A DNA stretch of 64,000 nucleotides from Myxococcales bacterium (lineage in GTDB: Bacteria > Myxococcota_A > Polyangia > JAAYKL01): positions 1,960 through 65,959 of the forward strand of contig JAAYKL010000053.1 of assembly GCA_012522445.1 (NCBI GenBank). Reading direction: 5' to 3'. Below are positions 1 through 13,100 of the stretch, piece after piece. The stretch's first letter is position 1, and every line of letters begins with the position of its first letter. The notes under the pieces are model-generated. The model was not told the DNA's origin and did not search any database. It was given only the letters and a program-made list of their open reading frames with translations. The translations under genes and the position numbers were made by a program.

Positions 1-616
1 CGACATCGCGCCCCGACAGCCGGCCATAGGACTGGGTTTTGGCGTGATAGGTGGGCACGTCGAAATACACGTCGCCCGCGGATTCGTAGGCAAAGCCATT
101 GGCCATAATTTTTTCGATCAGAGCGATGATCTGCGGGATGTATTGAGACACCCGGGGCTCGCTCATGGGCGCCACCAAGTCGAAGGGCTGGAAGTCCTCG
201 TTGTGGAAGACATCGATGAAGTAGTCGGCCACCACCTCGGCCAGATGCCGGTCCTGCCCCGCGGCCCGCTCGCGGATGAGCGCGTCTTCGTCCAGGCGTT
301 CGCTCCACATGGCGTCGTCGTAGTTGGCGTAGGCCTCGTCTTGTCGCCACGCGCCCTCGGGCCCCGCCGAAATCTCCGCGGCCCGCGCGATGATTTTGTC
401 GTCGATGTCGGTGAAATTGCGCACGAAGCGCACGTCGTAATCGCGGTAGCGGAAGTAGCGCAAGATCGCGTCGAAGGAGAGGAAGCAGCGCAGGTGTCCG
501 ATGTGGCTGCGGCCGTAGACCGTCACACCGCAGAGATAGAAATTGACCTGCGGGGGCTGGATGGGGGCGAAGGTTTCTTTTTGCTGGGTCAGCACGTTGT
601 AAATGCGCAAGCTCAT
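1..616 (-). CDS. cysS: Cysteine--tRNA ligase, N-terminal part (gene continues beyond window start)
   Basis: Absent from the ORF track because it runs off the window. My minus-strand translation from the ATG at 614-616 gives MSLRIYNVLTQQKETFAPIQPP..FYLCGVTVYGRSHIGHLRCF..VRNFTDIDDKII. This shows the class-I HIGH motif and a CysRS-type N-terminus. Confidence 0.85.
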   Translation of the reverse strand, partial: MSLRIYNVLTQQKETFAPIQPPQVNFYLCGVTVYGRSHIGHLRCFLSFDAILRYFRYRDYDVRFVRNFTDIDDKIIARAAEISAGPEGAWRQDEAYANYDDAMWSERLDEDALIRERAAGQDRHLAEVVADYFIDVFHNEDFQPFDLVAPMSEPRVSQYIPQIIALIEKIMANGFAYESAGDVYFDVPTYHAKTQSYGRLSGRDV

Positions 617-668
617 GGCAACTCCTTTGCGGGGCGAGAGGCGCGGTGTTTCGGGCGCGTTGGCCGCA

Positions 669-1454
669 TCAAAAGGACAGCACACGTGGGCCGTCTCCCA
701 CGCGCGACGCCCGGGACATGGCGTCCCGCAGCACGCCGGCGGCTGCTTGTACCGCATCTTCAATGGACGCGCCAAGGGCAATGTGCCCCGCGCAGAGCGA
801 CGCCAGCGCGCAGCCCGTTCCGCGCACTTCGGGAACGTCGAGGCGCGACGCGGTGAAGCGGCGCACCGTGCCATCGTCGAGGGCCAGCACGTCCACCAAC
901 TGCGGGCCGTCCAGGTGACCGCCCTTGAGGAGCACCGCCCGTGGGCCATAGGCGAGCAGGGCCTGGGCCGCGCGGTGCATTTGGTCTGGGGTGCGGCAGG
1001 GGAGGCCGGTGAGCAGCTCGGCTTCGTCGAGGTTAGGGGTCACCAGGGTGGCCAGGGGAAAGAGGGTTCGCTGCAACAGCGCCACCGCCGACGCGTCGAA
1101 GAGCGCACCCGCCGTCGTGCTGCGCACCACTGGGTCTACGACCAACGCAATGTGCCGGTGTTGCCGGGCGAAACGCACCACCGCCCGCACGTTGGCGGCG
1201 CTGCCCAAGGCACCGGTCTTCAAGGCCTTCACCGCGAGGCGCTCCGCCACCATCTGCAGGGCGCCGAAGACGAGACGCGCGCTCACGGGCCGGGCGTCGA
1301 CGTAGCGGGTGCCGTCCTGCAGGGTGACCAGGGCGCACACCGGCGCCGGATGCAATCCCAAGGCGCGCACCGCTGCGCCGTCCACCGACAGCCCAGCGCC
1401 GCCCGAGGGGTCGATGCCACCCGCCAACAACACGCTGCTGCGAAGAGAAGACAA
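669..1454 (-). CDS. thiD: Hydroxymethylpyrimidine/phosphomethylpyrimidine kinase
   Basis: 261-aa ORF with GGIDPSGGAG, TPNLDEAELL and VRGTGCALAS motifs of ribokinase-fold ThiD. The start is non-ATG and uncertain. Confidence 0.85.
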   Translation of the reverse strand: MSSLRSSVLLAGGIDPSGGAGLSVDGAAVRALGLHPAPVCALVTLQDGTRYVDARPVSARLVFGALQMVAERLAVKALKTGALGSAANVRAVVRFARQHRHIALVVDPVVRSTTAGALFDASAVALLQRTLFPLATLVTPNLDEAELLTGLPCRTPDQMHRAAQALLAYGPRAVLLKGGHLDGPQLVDVLALDDGTVRRFTASRLDVPEVRGTGCALASLCAGHIALGASIEDAVQAAAGVLRDAMSRASRVGDGPRVLSF

Positions 1455-1471
1455 GGGAAGTCCCGGCCGAA

Positions 1472-2653
1472 TTAGTAGCCGCGCACCATCTCGAGGCGCT
1501 GGCCGTCCTCCATCTCGCTGATGGCGCCGGTCACGATGCAGGCCGAGGTGTGGGCGCGGGTTTCGATGACGCGCACTTCGCCGATGACCTCCCAGGGATA
1601 GGATTCGTGGGCGTCTTTTTGGCGGTTCATCTCGCGGTGCAGGTCGCGCTTGCGCGTGGCGAAAAAGCGGTTGCCCTCCAGCACGCCGTCCTCGTGGCCC
1701 TTGTCGATGAAGACCACCTGATGCTTCGAAAACATGATGCCCGGATCCAAGTGAGCGGTGATCCGCGCCTGCATCTCCTGCTGGTTGGCGCGCACCGGCA
1801 CCAGCTCAAACGTGCGCTGCACCGGCCCGACGATGGCCCCGCGCTCAATGGCCCCAATGGACTCGCCGATGGTCACACGCGCCACGCCGGTGTCCTCGTC
1901 AAAGCGCGACACGCGCACCCAGCCGATGATCTCCACGAGGAAGGCGTCTCCCTCCTCGCTCGCGCCCTTGACCTTCTTAACAATTTTGTACACGGCAAAT
2001 GAGTCGCCCGCGCGGATGTCGCGGTTCTTCTCAAACTCCACATAGGCCTCGTCGTGCTGGGCCAACAGCATGCGCTCTAGCCGCGAGCCGCTCAACACGC
2101 CGGACTTTTCCAACTCGGCGCTGTCGACGTAGGCGCGGTTGCGATGCAAGAGTCCTCCGGCCAAACTGCGGGCCGCGCTCTGGCGCACCATGGGGCTCTC
2201 TTCCGCTCCCGCAGGCGTCATCTCGGCGTCCAGATTGCCCAGCCCCGGCGGCGCGAGCTGCACTTCGTCGCCCGGATAAATCCAGTGGGGGTTGGAGATG
2301 TTGGGGTTGTACGACCACACCCGCGGCCACACATAGGGGTCGGCGTAATAGGTCTGGCAGATGTCCCACAGGGTGTCGCCGCTCTTGACGACGTGAACAT
2401 CGCGCGGGGTCGATGCGACCACGGTCTTCGACTGGGACTTGGGCTGCCCCGAGATGACCACCGCACGCCCGGAGCGCATGGCGTCGCCGAGATCGGACTG
2501 CGCTGTCGTCTCGACGCGAACGGTCACCCCCGGCTTTAAGTCGCCCTGGTACAAGGTGTCGACATCCGCGTCCTGCGCCAGGAGAACCCCGGTGCCAAGC
2601 GTGGTCGCCAATGCGGCTACCACAAAAGTGTTGCTTCGTTTTGCTGTCTTCAT
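1472..2653 (-). CDS. Secreted LysM peptidoglycan-binding protein with C-terminal beta-rich domains (architecture reminiscent of T4P secretin-associated TsaP, unverified)
   Basis: Signal peptide MKTAKRSNTFVVAALATTLGTGVLLAQ. LysM motif HVVKSGDTLWDICQTYYADPYVWPRVWSYNPNISNPHWIYPGDEV. About 250 aa of C-terminal region follow. Confidence 0.8.
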   Translation of the reverse strand: MKTAKRSNTFVVAALATTLGTGVLLAQDADVDTLYQGDLKPGVTVRVETTAQSDLGDAMRSGRAVVISGQPKSQSKTVVASTPRDVHVVKSGDTLWDICQTYYADPYVWPRVWSYNPNISNPHWIYPGDEVQLAPPGLGNLDAEMTPAGAEESPMVRQSAARSLAGGLLHRNRAYVDSAELEKSGVLSGSRLERMLLAQHDEAYVEFEKNRDIRAGDSFAVYKIVKKVKGASEEGDAFLVEIIGWVRVSRFDEDTGVARVTIGESIGAIERGAIVGPVQRTFELVPVRANQQEMQARITAHLDPGIMFSKHQVVFIDKGHEDGVLEGNRFFATRKRDLHREMNRQKDAHESYPWEVIGEVRVIETRAHTSACIVTGAISEMEDGQRLEMVRGY

Positions 2654-2658
2654 GTCGA

Positions 2659-3687
2659 CTACCTTTCCGCCGACGCGGCGATGGTGGTCGCCTGCGTGTT
2701 GTCCGATGCCAACGCCGCCATTCTGCGGCTCGCCTTACGCGCGGCCTCTGTGCCGGGATGCAACTCCACCACGGCAAAATAATACTCCCGGGCGCGCACT
2801 TGATCCTGCATCCGGTCGTAGACAAAACCCAACCGATAGAGGGCTGCCGCCGCCTGCTCCGACTTGGGGAAGCGCCGGACCAACCGCTCGAACTCGCCGA
2901 TGGCCTTGAGCATCTTGCCCTGCCCCAGGTAGCACTCGCCGAGCCAGTACATGGCGCGGTCGGCGTAATCGTGCTGCGGGTTGTGTTTCAAAAAGGTCGC
3001 GAAGCCCGCCAGGGCGGTGTCGTAGTTGCCGTTGGAATACGCCCGGTACGCCATGTTGAACTGCGCCATCTCGTCGCTGACCAAGGGCTCGGTAGCCGCG
3101 GGAGCGGGGGTGGCGGCGCTGGCGCCGGTCAAGCCCTGGGCGGTCACCACGCCCAAGTTGTCGCCACGACCGGTGGGGGGCACCGGTCCATTGACGGCGC
3201 TGGCAAAACGCGGGGCGCTGGGCGATGCGGGCGATGCGGGCGACGCGGACGATGTGGCTTCCACGCTGCCTCCCGACCAACCGCCGGCCAGGCGCAACAC
3301 CGGACGCGGACCATCATCGCTGGGTTCTGCGGGCGCTGGCTCCGCAGTGGCGCCGTGCTCGCGCAGGCTGATCTCGCGGTACTCTGCGCGCTGTGCCTCG
3401 CGCTCGCTTTGCGGGTCTCGCTCCAGGCGCACCACGTCGAGCTTGCGCGTGGCGTGGCGCTGCTGGTCATCGGACTCCGCCTTCTTTTCGTAGAGCAGCA
3501 CCTTGTCGTCGAGCTGCTGGTTGCGCGCCGACAGATGACTGTTTTCGGCTTTCACGCGCTGGATTTCCGCCGACATGGCTGCGAGCTTTTCCTCGATGCT
3601 GTCCTGGCGTGCGGCGCAGCCAAGGGACAGGGCCAAGGGCGCTACCAGCGCGGCGATGAGGGGTGTTTTTGCAATTCTTTTGTTCAT
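2659..3687 (-). CDS. CpoB/YbgF-like lipoprotein (N-terminal coiled coil, Pro/Ala linker, C-terminal TPR)
   Basis: Start set at MNKRIAKTPLIAALVAPLALSLGC (lipobox; ATG at 3685-3687) rather than ORF-track 3882. C-terminal TPR-like region: AYRAYSNGNYDTALAGFATFLKHNPQHDYADRAMYWLGECYLGQGK..ALYRLGFVY. Confidence 0.7.
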   Translation of the reverse strand: MNKRIAKTPLIAALVAPLALSLGCAARQDSIEEKLAAMSAEIQRVKAENSHLSARNQQLDDKVLLYEKKAESDDQQRHATRKLDVVRLERDPQSEREAQRAEYREISLREHGATAEPAPAEPSDDGPRPVLRLAGGWSGGSVEATSSASPASPASPSAPRFASAVNGPVPPTGRGDNLGVVTAQGLTGASAATPAPAATEPLVSDEMAQFNMAYRAYSNGNYDTALAGFATFLKHNPQHDYADRAMYWLGECYLGQGKMLKAIGEFERLVRRFPKSEQAAAALYRLGFVYDRMQDQVRAREYYFAVVELHPGTEAARKASRRMAALASDNTQATTIAASAER

Positions 3688-3800
3688 GTGGTCACCTGCA
3701 AAAGGGTCTACGAAGCCACTGTAGGCTGATGTAGTATAGAAGGTCAAAAAAACGCCTTCACTTTTTTTGCAGAACCGACAACACCGCATGGGATTCGCGA

Positions 3801-3829
3801 TTGACGCGGGTGAATAAAACGCGTCATAA
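3801..3829 (+). promoter_or_regulatory. Possible sigma-70-type promoter for typA (TTGACG-N17-TCATAA)
   Basis: TTGACG at 3801-3806 and TCATAA at 3824-3829, about 70 nt upstream of the typA ATG. The -10 match is weak. Confidence 0.25.
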
Positions 3830-3896
3830 GCGCCCGTAACCGCGCGACAGTGAAGCCCTCGCCTCAAGACGCCGCCGCACACCAGGAGCCCATTAG

Positions 3897-5726
<1,830 letters not shown>

Positions 5727-5802
5727 CCAACCTCCGAAACAAATCGGAAGGGGGTTCTTCCCGCCTCGACTTTTGCCCGCCCTGCAGGTAAGAAGCTGCC
5801 TC

Positions 5803-6831
5803 ATGTACTGGATAATTGTCATATTCTGTCTGGGCATTTTGGTGGCGCTCCACGAGCTGGGACACTACGCCATGGCCCGGGCCACCGGCATGAAGGTGCA
5901 CCGTTTTTCCGTTGGCTTCGGCCCCGCCCTCTTCTCCTTCACATCGCCCAAGACCGGCACCGTCTTTCAACTCGGCATGCTCCCCCTAGGCGGCTTCGTC
6001 CAGATCCTCGGCATGAACCCCTTCGAAGAGGACGCCTTCACCGACCCGGCCTCCTACCAGCGCAAACCGGTCTGGCAACGCGCCCTGGTCATCCTCGCTG
6101 GCCCCCTCTCCAACTACATCATCACCCTGGCCGTTATCTTCGGCCTGCTCACGCTGGCGGGCATGCCCCACGAGGTCAACGAAGCCCGCGTCGGAACCGT
6201 CACCCCCGACAGCCCCGCCGCCCAAGCCGGCCTGCGCGCCAACGACCGCATCCTCGAAATCGACGGCACCCCGCACACCACCTGGGACGCCCTGGTCACC
6301 ACCTTGCGCCAAAGCCCCGAGCGAACACTCCACCTCATGATCGAGCGCGACGGCCGCCGGTTCTTCGCCCCCATCACCCCCAAAAACGTCGACGGCATCG
6401 GCCTCATCGGCATCACCATGCCCACGACGAACGTTTCATTGCCCCCCGGAGAAGCCGCGGCCTTCGCCTGGCACAAAAGCCTCTCCCTCATTGAAAACAC
6501 CCTCTCGTCACTGGCGGCGCTCATCAGCGGCAAGGACAAAACCGTGCAAGCCGTCGGACCGCCGGGCATCGTCAAAATGGGACACCAGCAGCTCGCCACG
6601 GGCGCAGCGGCCTTTCTCAGCTATCTCGCCTACATCAGCCTGATGTTGTTCCTGTTCAACCTCTTGCCCATCCCCGCCCTAGACGGCGGCCGCACGCTCT
6701 TTTTGCTCTTCGAGCTGATCACCCGCAAACCCGTCAACCGCAAATTTGACGCGGCGCTCAACACCATCTTTTTCCTCTTGCTGATGGGCGCTGTGCTCAT
6801 CGTATCCATCCGAGAAATCTTCTTCGGTTAA
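5803..6831 (+). CDS. rseP: Site-2 (M50) zinc metalloprotease, RseP-like with single PDZ
   Basis: HELGHY zinc motif near the N-terminus, a central PDZ-like region (AAQAGLRANDRILEIDG) and NLLPIPALDGG motif. Start at MYWII (5803) preferred over 5773. Confidence 0.85.
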   Translation: MYWIIVIFCLGILVALHELGHYAMARATGMKVHRFSVGFGPALFSFTSPKTGTVFQLGMLPLGGFVQILGMNPFEEDAFTDPASYQRKPVWQRALVILAGPLSNYIITLAVIFGLLTLAGMPHEVNEARVGTVTPDSPAAQAGLRANDRILEIDGTPHTTWDALVTTLRQSPERTLHLMIERDGRRFFAPITPKNVDGIGLIGITMPTTNVSLPPGEAAAFAWHKSLSLIENTLSSLAALISGKDKTVQAVGPPGIVKMGHQQLATGAAAFLSYLAYISLMLFLFNLLPIPALDGGRTLFLLFELITRKPVNRKFDAALNTIFFLLLMGAVLIVSIREIFFG

Positions 6832-6849
6832 TGCGTTCTAGGAGGCGTC

Positions 6850-8532
<1,683 letters not shown>

Positions 8533-8538
8533 CACGCC

Positions 8539-9186
8539 ATGCCCGCCACCAACACGCCATCGCCCAGCGTCGCCGACCTGCAGGAACGCTACACCGACTT
8601 AGAGCGCCGCATCCACGCCCTGTGGCCCGCCCATTTTCGCGACGCCTGCAGCCGCTGCACCCGCATCTGCTGCCGCCCCCACATGTTCGAGGATATCCTC
8701 AGCAGCGACTGGCTCTGCGACATCGGCGAAAAAGCCTACGGCCCCTGGTGGCAAACCCGCACCCAGGCGAACACCCTCTGCCCAGCGCTGGACGAAGACG
8801 GCTGCATCCTGGCGGTCGGCAAGCATCCCTTCTGCCGCTACTTCTCTTGCGACATGCTCTTAGACGCTTCTCCCGACGGCCCCACCCTCATCGCCGACCT
8901 CTTCTTGTCGGGCATCCTCATACAAGTCTGCCGCATCAAAAAAGGCGCCTCGCTCCTGCAAATTCCCCGGCACGACTTCGCCCGCTACGCCCGCGACATC
9001 GACGCAGCGCTGACGCGCGGCGAAACCGAAATCCGTCTCTGCGAAGCGTTCTCCCGCACCGCCGACCCCAACGACCGAGAGCGCCTGGCCCTGCGCATGG
9101 TGGCCTTGCGCCCGGCGGCGATCACCCCCAGCGCAACCGCTCAGCTCGCCAAGCGGGGATTTTTCTCAGCAGAAATCAACCGGTGA
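8539..9186 (+). CDS. YkgJ/UPF0153-type cysteine-cluster (CxxCxxCC) protein
   Basis: C-S-R-C-T-R-I-C-C motif (CxxCxxxCC-like) plus further conserved Cys (CPALDEDGC, FCRYFSC). Starts 7 nt after the ettA stop. Confidence 0.55.
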   Translation: MPATNTPSPSVADLQERYTDLERRIHALWPAHFRDACSRCTRICCRPHMFEDILSSDWLCDIGEKAYGPWWQTRTQANTLCPALDEDGCILAVGKHPFCRYFSCDMLLDASPDGPTLIADLFLSGILIQVCRIKKGASLLQIPRHDFARYARDIDAALTRGETEIRLCEAFSRTADPNDRERLALRMVALRPAAITPSATAQLAKRGFFSAEINR

Positions 9187-9248
9187 AAAGAAGGAGAGAG
9201 CGAAGCGTGGCCGCGCACCATGCGATGCGCAGCCGGATGGCGTGAGGC

Positions 9249-10067
9249 TCAGCGCCCCGTACAGTGAGCGGCGCAGAAGTCGACAGCGGGGCCGTCGGGA
9301 TCGGCGGGGTTGGGGACGCGCACCGAATATCCCGACAGGTATGCGGCGCAGTTGTTGGGCGCATTGACGCCAGGGAAGCAGGACTCCGCCACCACGGTCT
9401 TGGAGCACAGCGCAAAGCAAGGGTTTTCAAAGCAGGGCGCCCAGCCGCCGACGGGACCGCAGTAGGGTTGCACGTTGAACGAGAACTTTTGCGTCTCTTG
9501 GTCGATATTGCCCTGGGTTTTGCCGAAGTAGCGCACCACGGACAAAATGCTCTCCGGGGGCGTGTTGTCCGGTGTGATCTGACTGAGCAACGCCGAATTG
9601 CCGTTGGCGATGGCGTCGGCGATCTCGGGCAGCTTGTACTCCACGCAGAAAGCATTTCGCAATGTTTCCACGACATTCGAAGACATGAGTTGCGCCATCA
9701 GCACATCCGACGATTCTGGCGGGATGTAATGATGAGAAGGAAACTCCTCCGTAGGCACCACCGCCGAATTACCGACTTGCGAGTACACCTCGTAGCGCTC
9801 GACAAAAATGCCGTTGGATTCCGCCACCAGGTTGGCGTAGTCCTCCTTGGCCATGAGCGCATTGGTCACGTAAAATACGCCGTAGACCGAGCTGGCCTGG
9901 TTGAGGTCCACGTTGTAAAAGGGCGAGACCGGGTCCCCTACGGAGTACTCGCAGTCGGGGAACTCCGGCAACACCTTGACGTGTTCGATGTAAAAGGACT
10001 CCCGGTTGTCCACGCAGGCATGGACCAAGAGCGCCAGGGACAAAACAAGGAATACGCGACTTGTCAT
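9249..10067 (-). CDS. Cys-rich lipoprotein of unknown function, immediately downstream of pilQ
   Basis: Start set at MTSRVFLVLSLALLVHAC (lipobox, ATG 10065-10067). The C-terminal third has many Cys (CGPVGGWAPCFENPCFALC..CFPGVNAPNNCAAY..FCAAHC). I recognised no family. Confidence 0.6.
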   Translation of the reverse strand: MTSRVFLVLSLALLVHACVDNRESFYIEHVKVLPEFPDCEYSVGDPVSPFYNVDLNQASSVYGVFYVTNALMAKEDYANLVAESNGIFVERYEVYSQVGNSAVVPTEEFPSHHYIPPESSDVLMAQLMSSNVVETLRNAFCVEYKLPEIADAIANGNSALLSQITPDNTPPESILSVVRYFGKTQGNIDQETQKFSFNVQPYCGPVGGWAPCFENPCFALCSKTVVAESCFPGVNAPNNCAAYLSGYSVRVPNPADPDGPAVDFCAAHCTGR

Positions 10068-10147
10068 GACACACCTCCCATCGGCGGATTTCGTGTCGTT
10101 TGGTTTGCGATTGTAGCATTTTTTCAACATGTCATCACCTTCCCCGG

Positions 10148-13100
10148 CTACTGCCCGATGCTCTCGGCGCGGTTGACAATTGTCGGCGTGATGAAGATCA
10201 ACATCTCTGTGCGCCGGTCGGAATCACTGCGCGATTTGAACAGCCATCCCAGCACCGGGATGTCGCCAAAGAAGGGGACCTTCTTGAAGCTCTGTCCGTG
10301 GTTGCGCGTAAAGATACCGCCGATCACCGCCGTGTGGCCGTCGCTGACGAGCAGCTCGGTGGATACTTCGCGTTTGAGAATCGTGGGGTCACCGCGGGCG
10401 CCCTTGTTGTTGAAGTCGGGTTCGTCGCGCGTCATGTTGATCTGCATCAGCACCGCGCCATCGGCGGTCACGTGCGGCGTTACGGTGAGGTTGAGCTTGG
10501 CTTCTTTAAACGCAGTTTGCACGCCCGATGCCGATACGCGGCTGTAGGGGATCATCGTGCCCTGCTCGATGTAGGCCTTGCGGTTGTCCAGGGTCAACAC
10601 CTTGGGCGAACTCAAGATGCGCAGCGTGCCCTCCTCTTCCATGGCCGACAGGCGCAAGCTGAGGTTGGCGTTGTTGGCGATGGAGCCCAGCGCAATGCCG
10701 AGCGCACCACCCGAGCCCGTTCCCGCCGGTGCGGGCAGGTTCACCGCGTAGTTGGGGTTGGGTTGCGCCCCGGACACCGGGCTGAGTCCCGCCGTGGGAG
10801 CCTGGTCGTCCGTGGCCCCGCCCGCTACGCCGATGGAGCTCGGAAACGCCAATCCCGTGGGGTTGCCCGTGGCCGCGCTGGCCGAGAAGTCGCCGCCCCA
10901 CTGAATGCCGATTTCACGCGCATACGAGCTCGTGGCTTCCACAATGCGGCCTTCGATGAGCACCTGCGGTGTCTGGGTGTCCAGGTTGCGAATCAGCGCT
11001 TCGATCTGATCCAGCGAGTTGGCGGTGTCGCGTGCGATAATCACGTTGGTCCGCGCGTCCACCGACAGCTTGCCGCGTTCGGTCAGCATGTCTTGGGCCC
11101 GCGGCATGAGCTCCGCCGCCGTGGCATAGGAGATGGGAATTAAGCGCGTCTCGAGGGGCTCCAGGGCGCGGCTCATGGCGATGCGCTCCATCTCGCGCTC
11201 GAACTCCTGTTCCAGAGAAGAGAGCGGCGCCACGCGGATCAGGTTGCCATCCCGCACCTTGCCGAGTCCCTTGGTGTGCAAAATCACATCCAGGGCTTGG
11301 TCCCAAGGCACATTGCGCATGCGGATGGTCACAGAGCCCTTCACGTCATCTGCCGTGATGATGTTGACCTGTCCCACATCCGACAGCAGGCGGAGGATGT
11401 TGTGAATGTCGGCATCTTTAAAGTCTAAGTCGATGCGGCGTCCCGTGTAATTGGCGCCCTTCTTGCCAAAAGTGTTCAGCTTCACGCTGTAGGCCGCGGT
11501 GCGCTCCTGGGGATACTCGTAATCCCCGGCCGCCTCGCGGTGCACCACGCGCGTCGTATTTCCCTTGGGACCGGCCTTGTCCAATCCCGGTGCGGCCGCC
11601 GGCTTGTGCAGCGCAAACGTCCACTCGATGTTGCCGTCTTTTTCGCGGACATCCGTGCGGGTCCGGCCGTTCAACGACACCTCCACGCGGACGCTGTCCT
11701 TCTGGCGAAAAGAGCTGATTTGCTCAATGGCACCGCCGAAGTCGCGCACATCCAGCGTTCGCTCCAATGCCGGGTCAAGCGCCGCCGTGGGGAATTCCAA
11801 CACCAGCACGCGGTCTTCATTGCCCGACTTGGTGTAGCGCACCGGACCATCTGTCTGAATGAGAATTTTTTGCCCCGTCGAGGAGTTGACAAAGCGAATG
11901 TCCGAAATCCGGCTGGCGGGCTTCTGCGCCGCCGCTGCCTTGGGCGTCGACTTGCCTTTGGCTGCGGCTGGCTTCGCGTCTGCGCCGCCCTTCATCTCCG
12001 CCAAGCGCTGCAAGCGAAGCTCTTCCTGAGTGGGCTTCCGGTTCGCACTCGCTGCTGGCGCGCTCGTCTCCTTCGCCTTGCCCTGCTGCTCCAGCTCGCG
12101 GATGCGCTCCTGCTGCTGGGCAATGGTGTTGTTGGCGAGGCGCAGATTCTTCTCCACTTCATCGATCCGCTGACGCGCCGCTTCTTCGGCGGACTTCGCC
12201 TGCTTCAGCCCTGCGTCGGCATTGGCAGCCGCTTTCTCTGCTGCCGCCTTCGACTGCTCAGCTTTCTGCAAGTTTTTGCGCGCCTCGGCCACGGCTTGTT
12301 CCGCTGTCTGGCGCTCTTTTTGCAGTTTCGCATCGGCATCCACACGCAGATGACTCAGCTTCCCCTCTGCCACCTTGCGCGCCGCGTCGGCCTGTTTTGC
12401 CTGGGCTTCGGCCTGCGTCACCGCCTCCCCCATCTGCGCGATCTGCTGCTGATAACGCGCCCGCTCTCGGGCCGCTTGCTTGTCGAGTTCCGCATAGCGC
12501 TTATCCGCGTTGTTCATTTTGCGTTCCGAAGCGCGCAAATCATTCAACGCCTGGGTCAATTGCCCATCCAGCGCCGTCTGCTTTTGTCGAGACGCAGCCA
12601 GCTCTTTACGCGCCGATGCCGCCTCGCGCTTACGGTGTTCCAATTCGGCACGCAGCTTCGCTTGCTCCCCCTTGCTGGCCTCTGCATATGCGCGCTGCGC
12701 TTCCCGCTGTGCTTGGTTGGCTGCTTGCGCCTTGTCCCGTGCCCGACTCGTGGCCAATGTCGCCTCGGTCATTTGGGCTTTCATATCGTCGGCGTTTTTC
12801 ACGGCCTGAGCCTGGGCCTGTTTCGCCGTCTCCGCCTCGCGTTGCGCCTTGTCCAGATCGCCTTGCAAGGCACCCAATCGCTGCTCCAATCCTTCGCGAC
12901 GCGCCCGTTCTTGCGCGGCTTCGGCGTTGGCGCGCTCGATTTGCACCGACAGCGAGCGGATCTTCTCCGCCACTTTCTTGTCGGCCTGCGACGCCCCCTT
13001 TAACAGCGCTTCGCGGCTCTGCTCTTCTTTGCGCAGCGCCTCTTTCAACGCCTGATTGGCGGCCTCTCTCTCCGCGCTCGTGCGTTGGATTTCGCTCTCC

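Noticed and set aside
44-1475. Plus-strand ORFs 44-856 and 603-1475
   Set aside because: They are antisense to cysS and thiD, whose translations carry diagnostic motifs. The plus-strand products are Arg/Gly/Ala-rich with no motifs.
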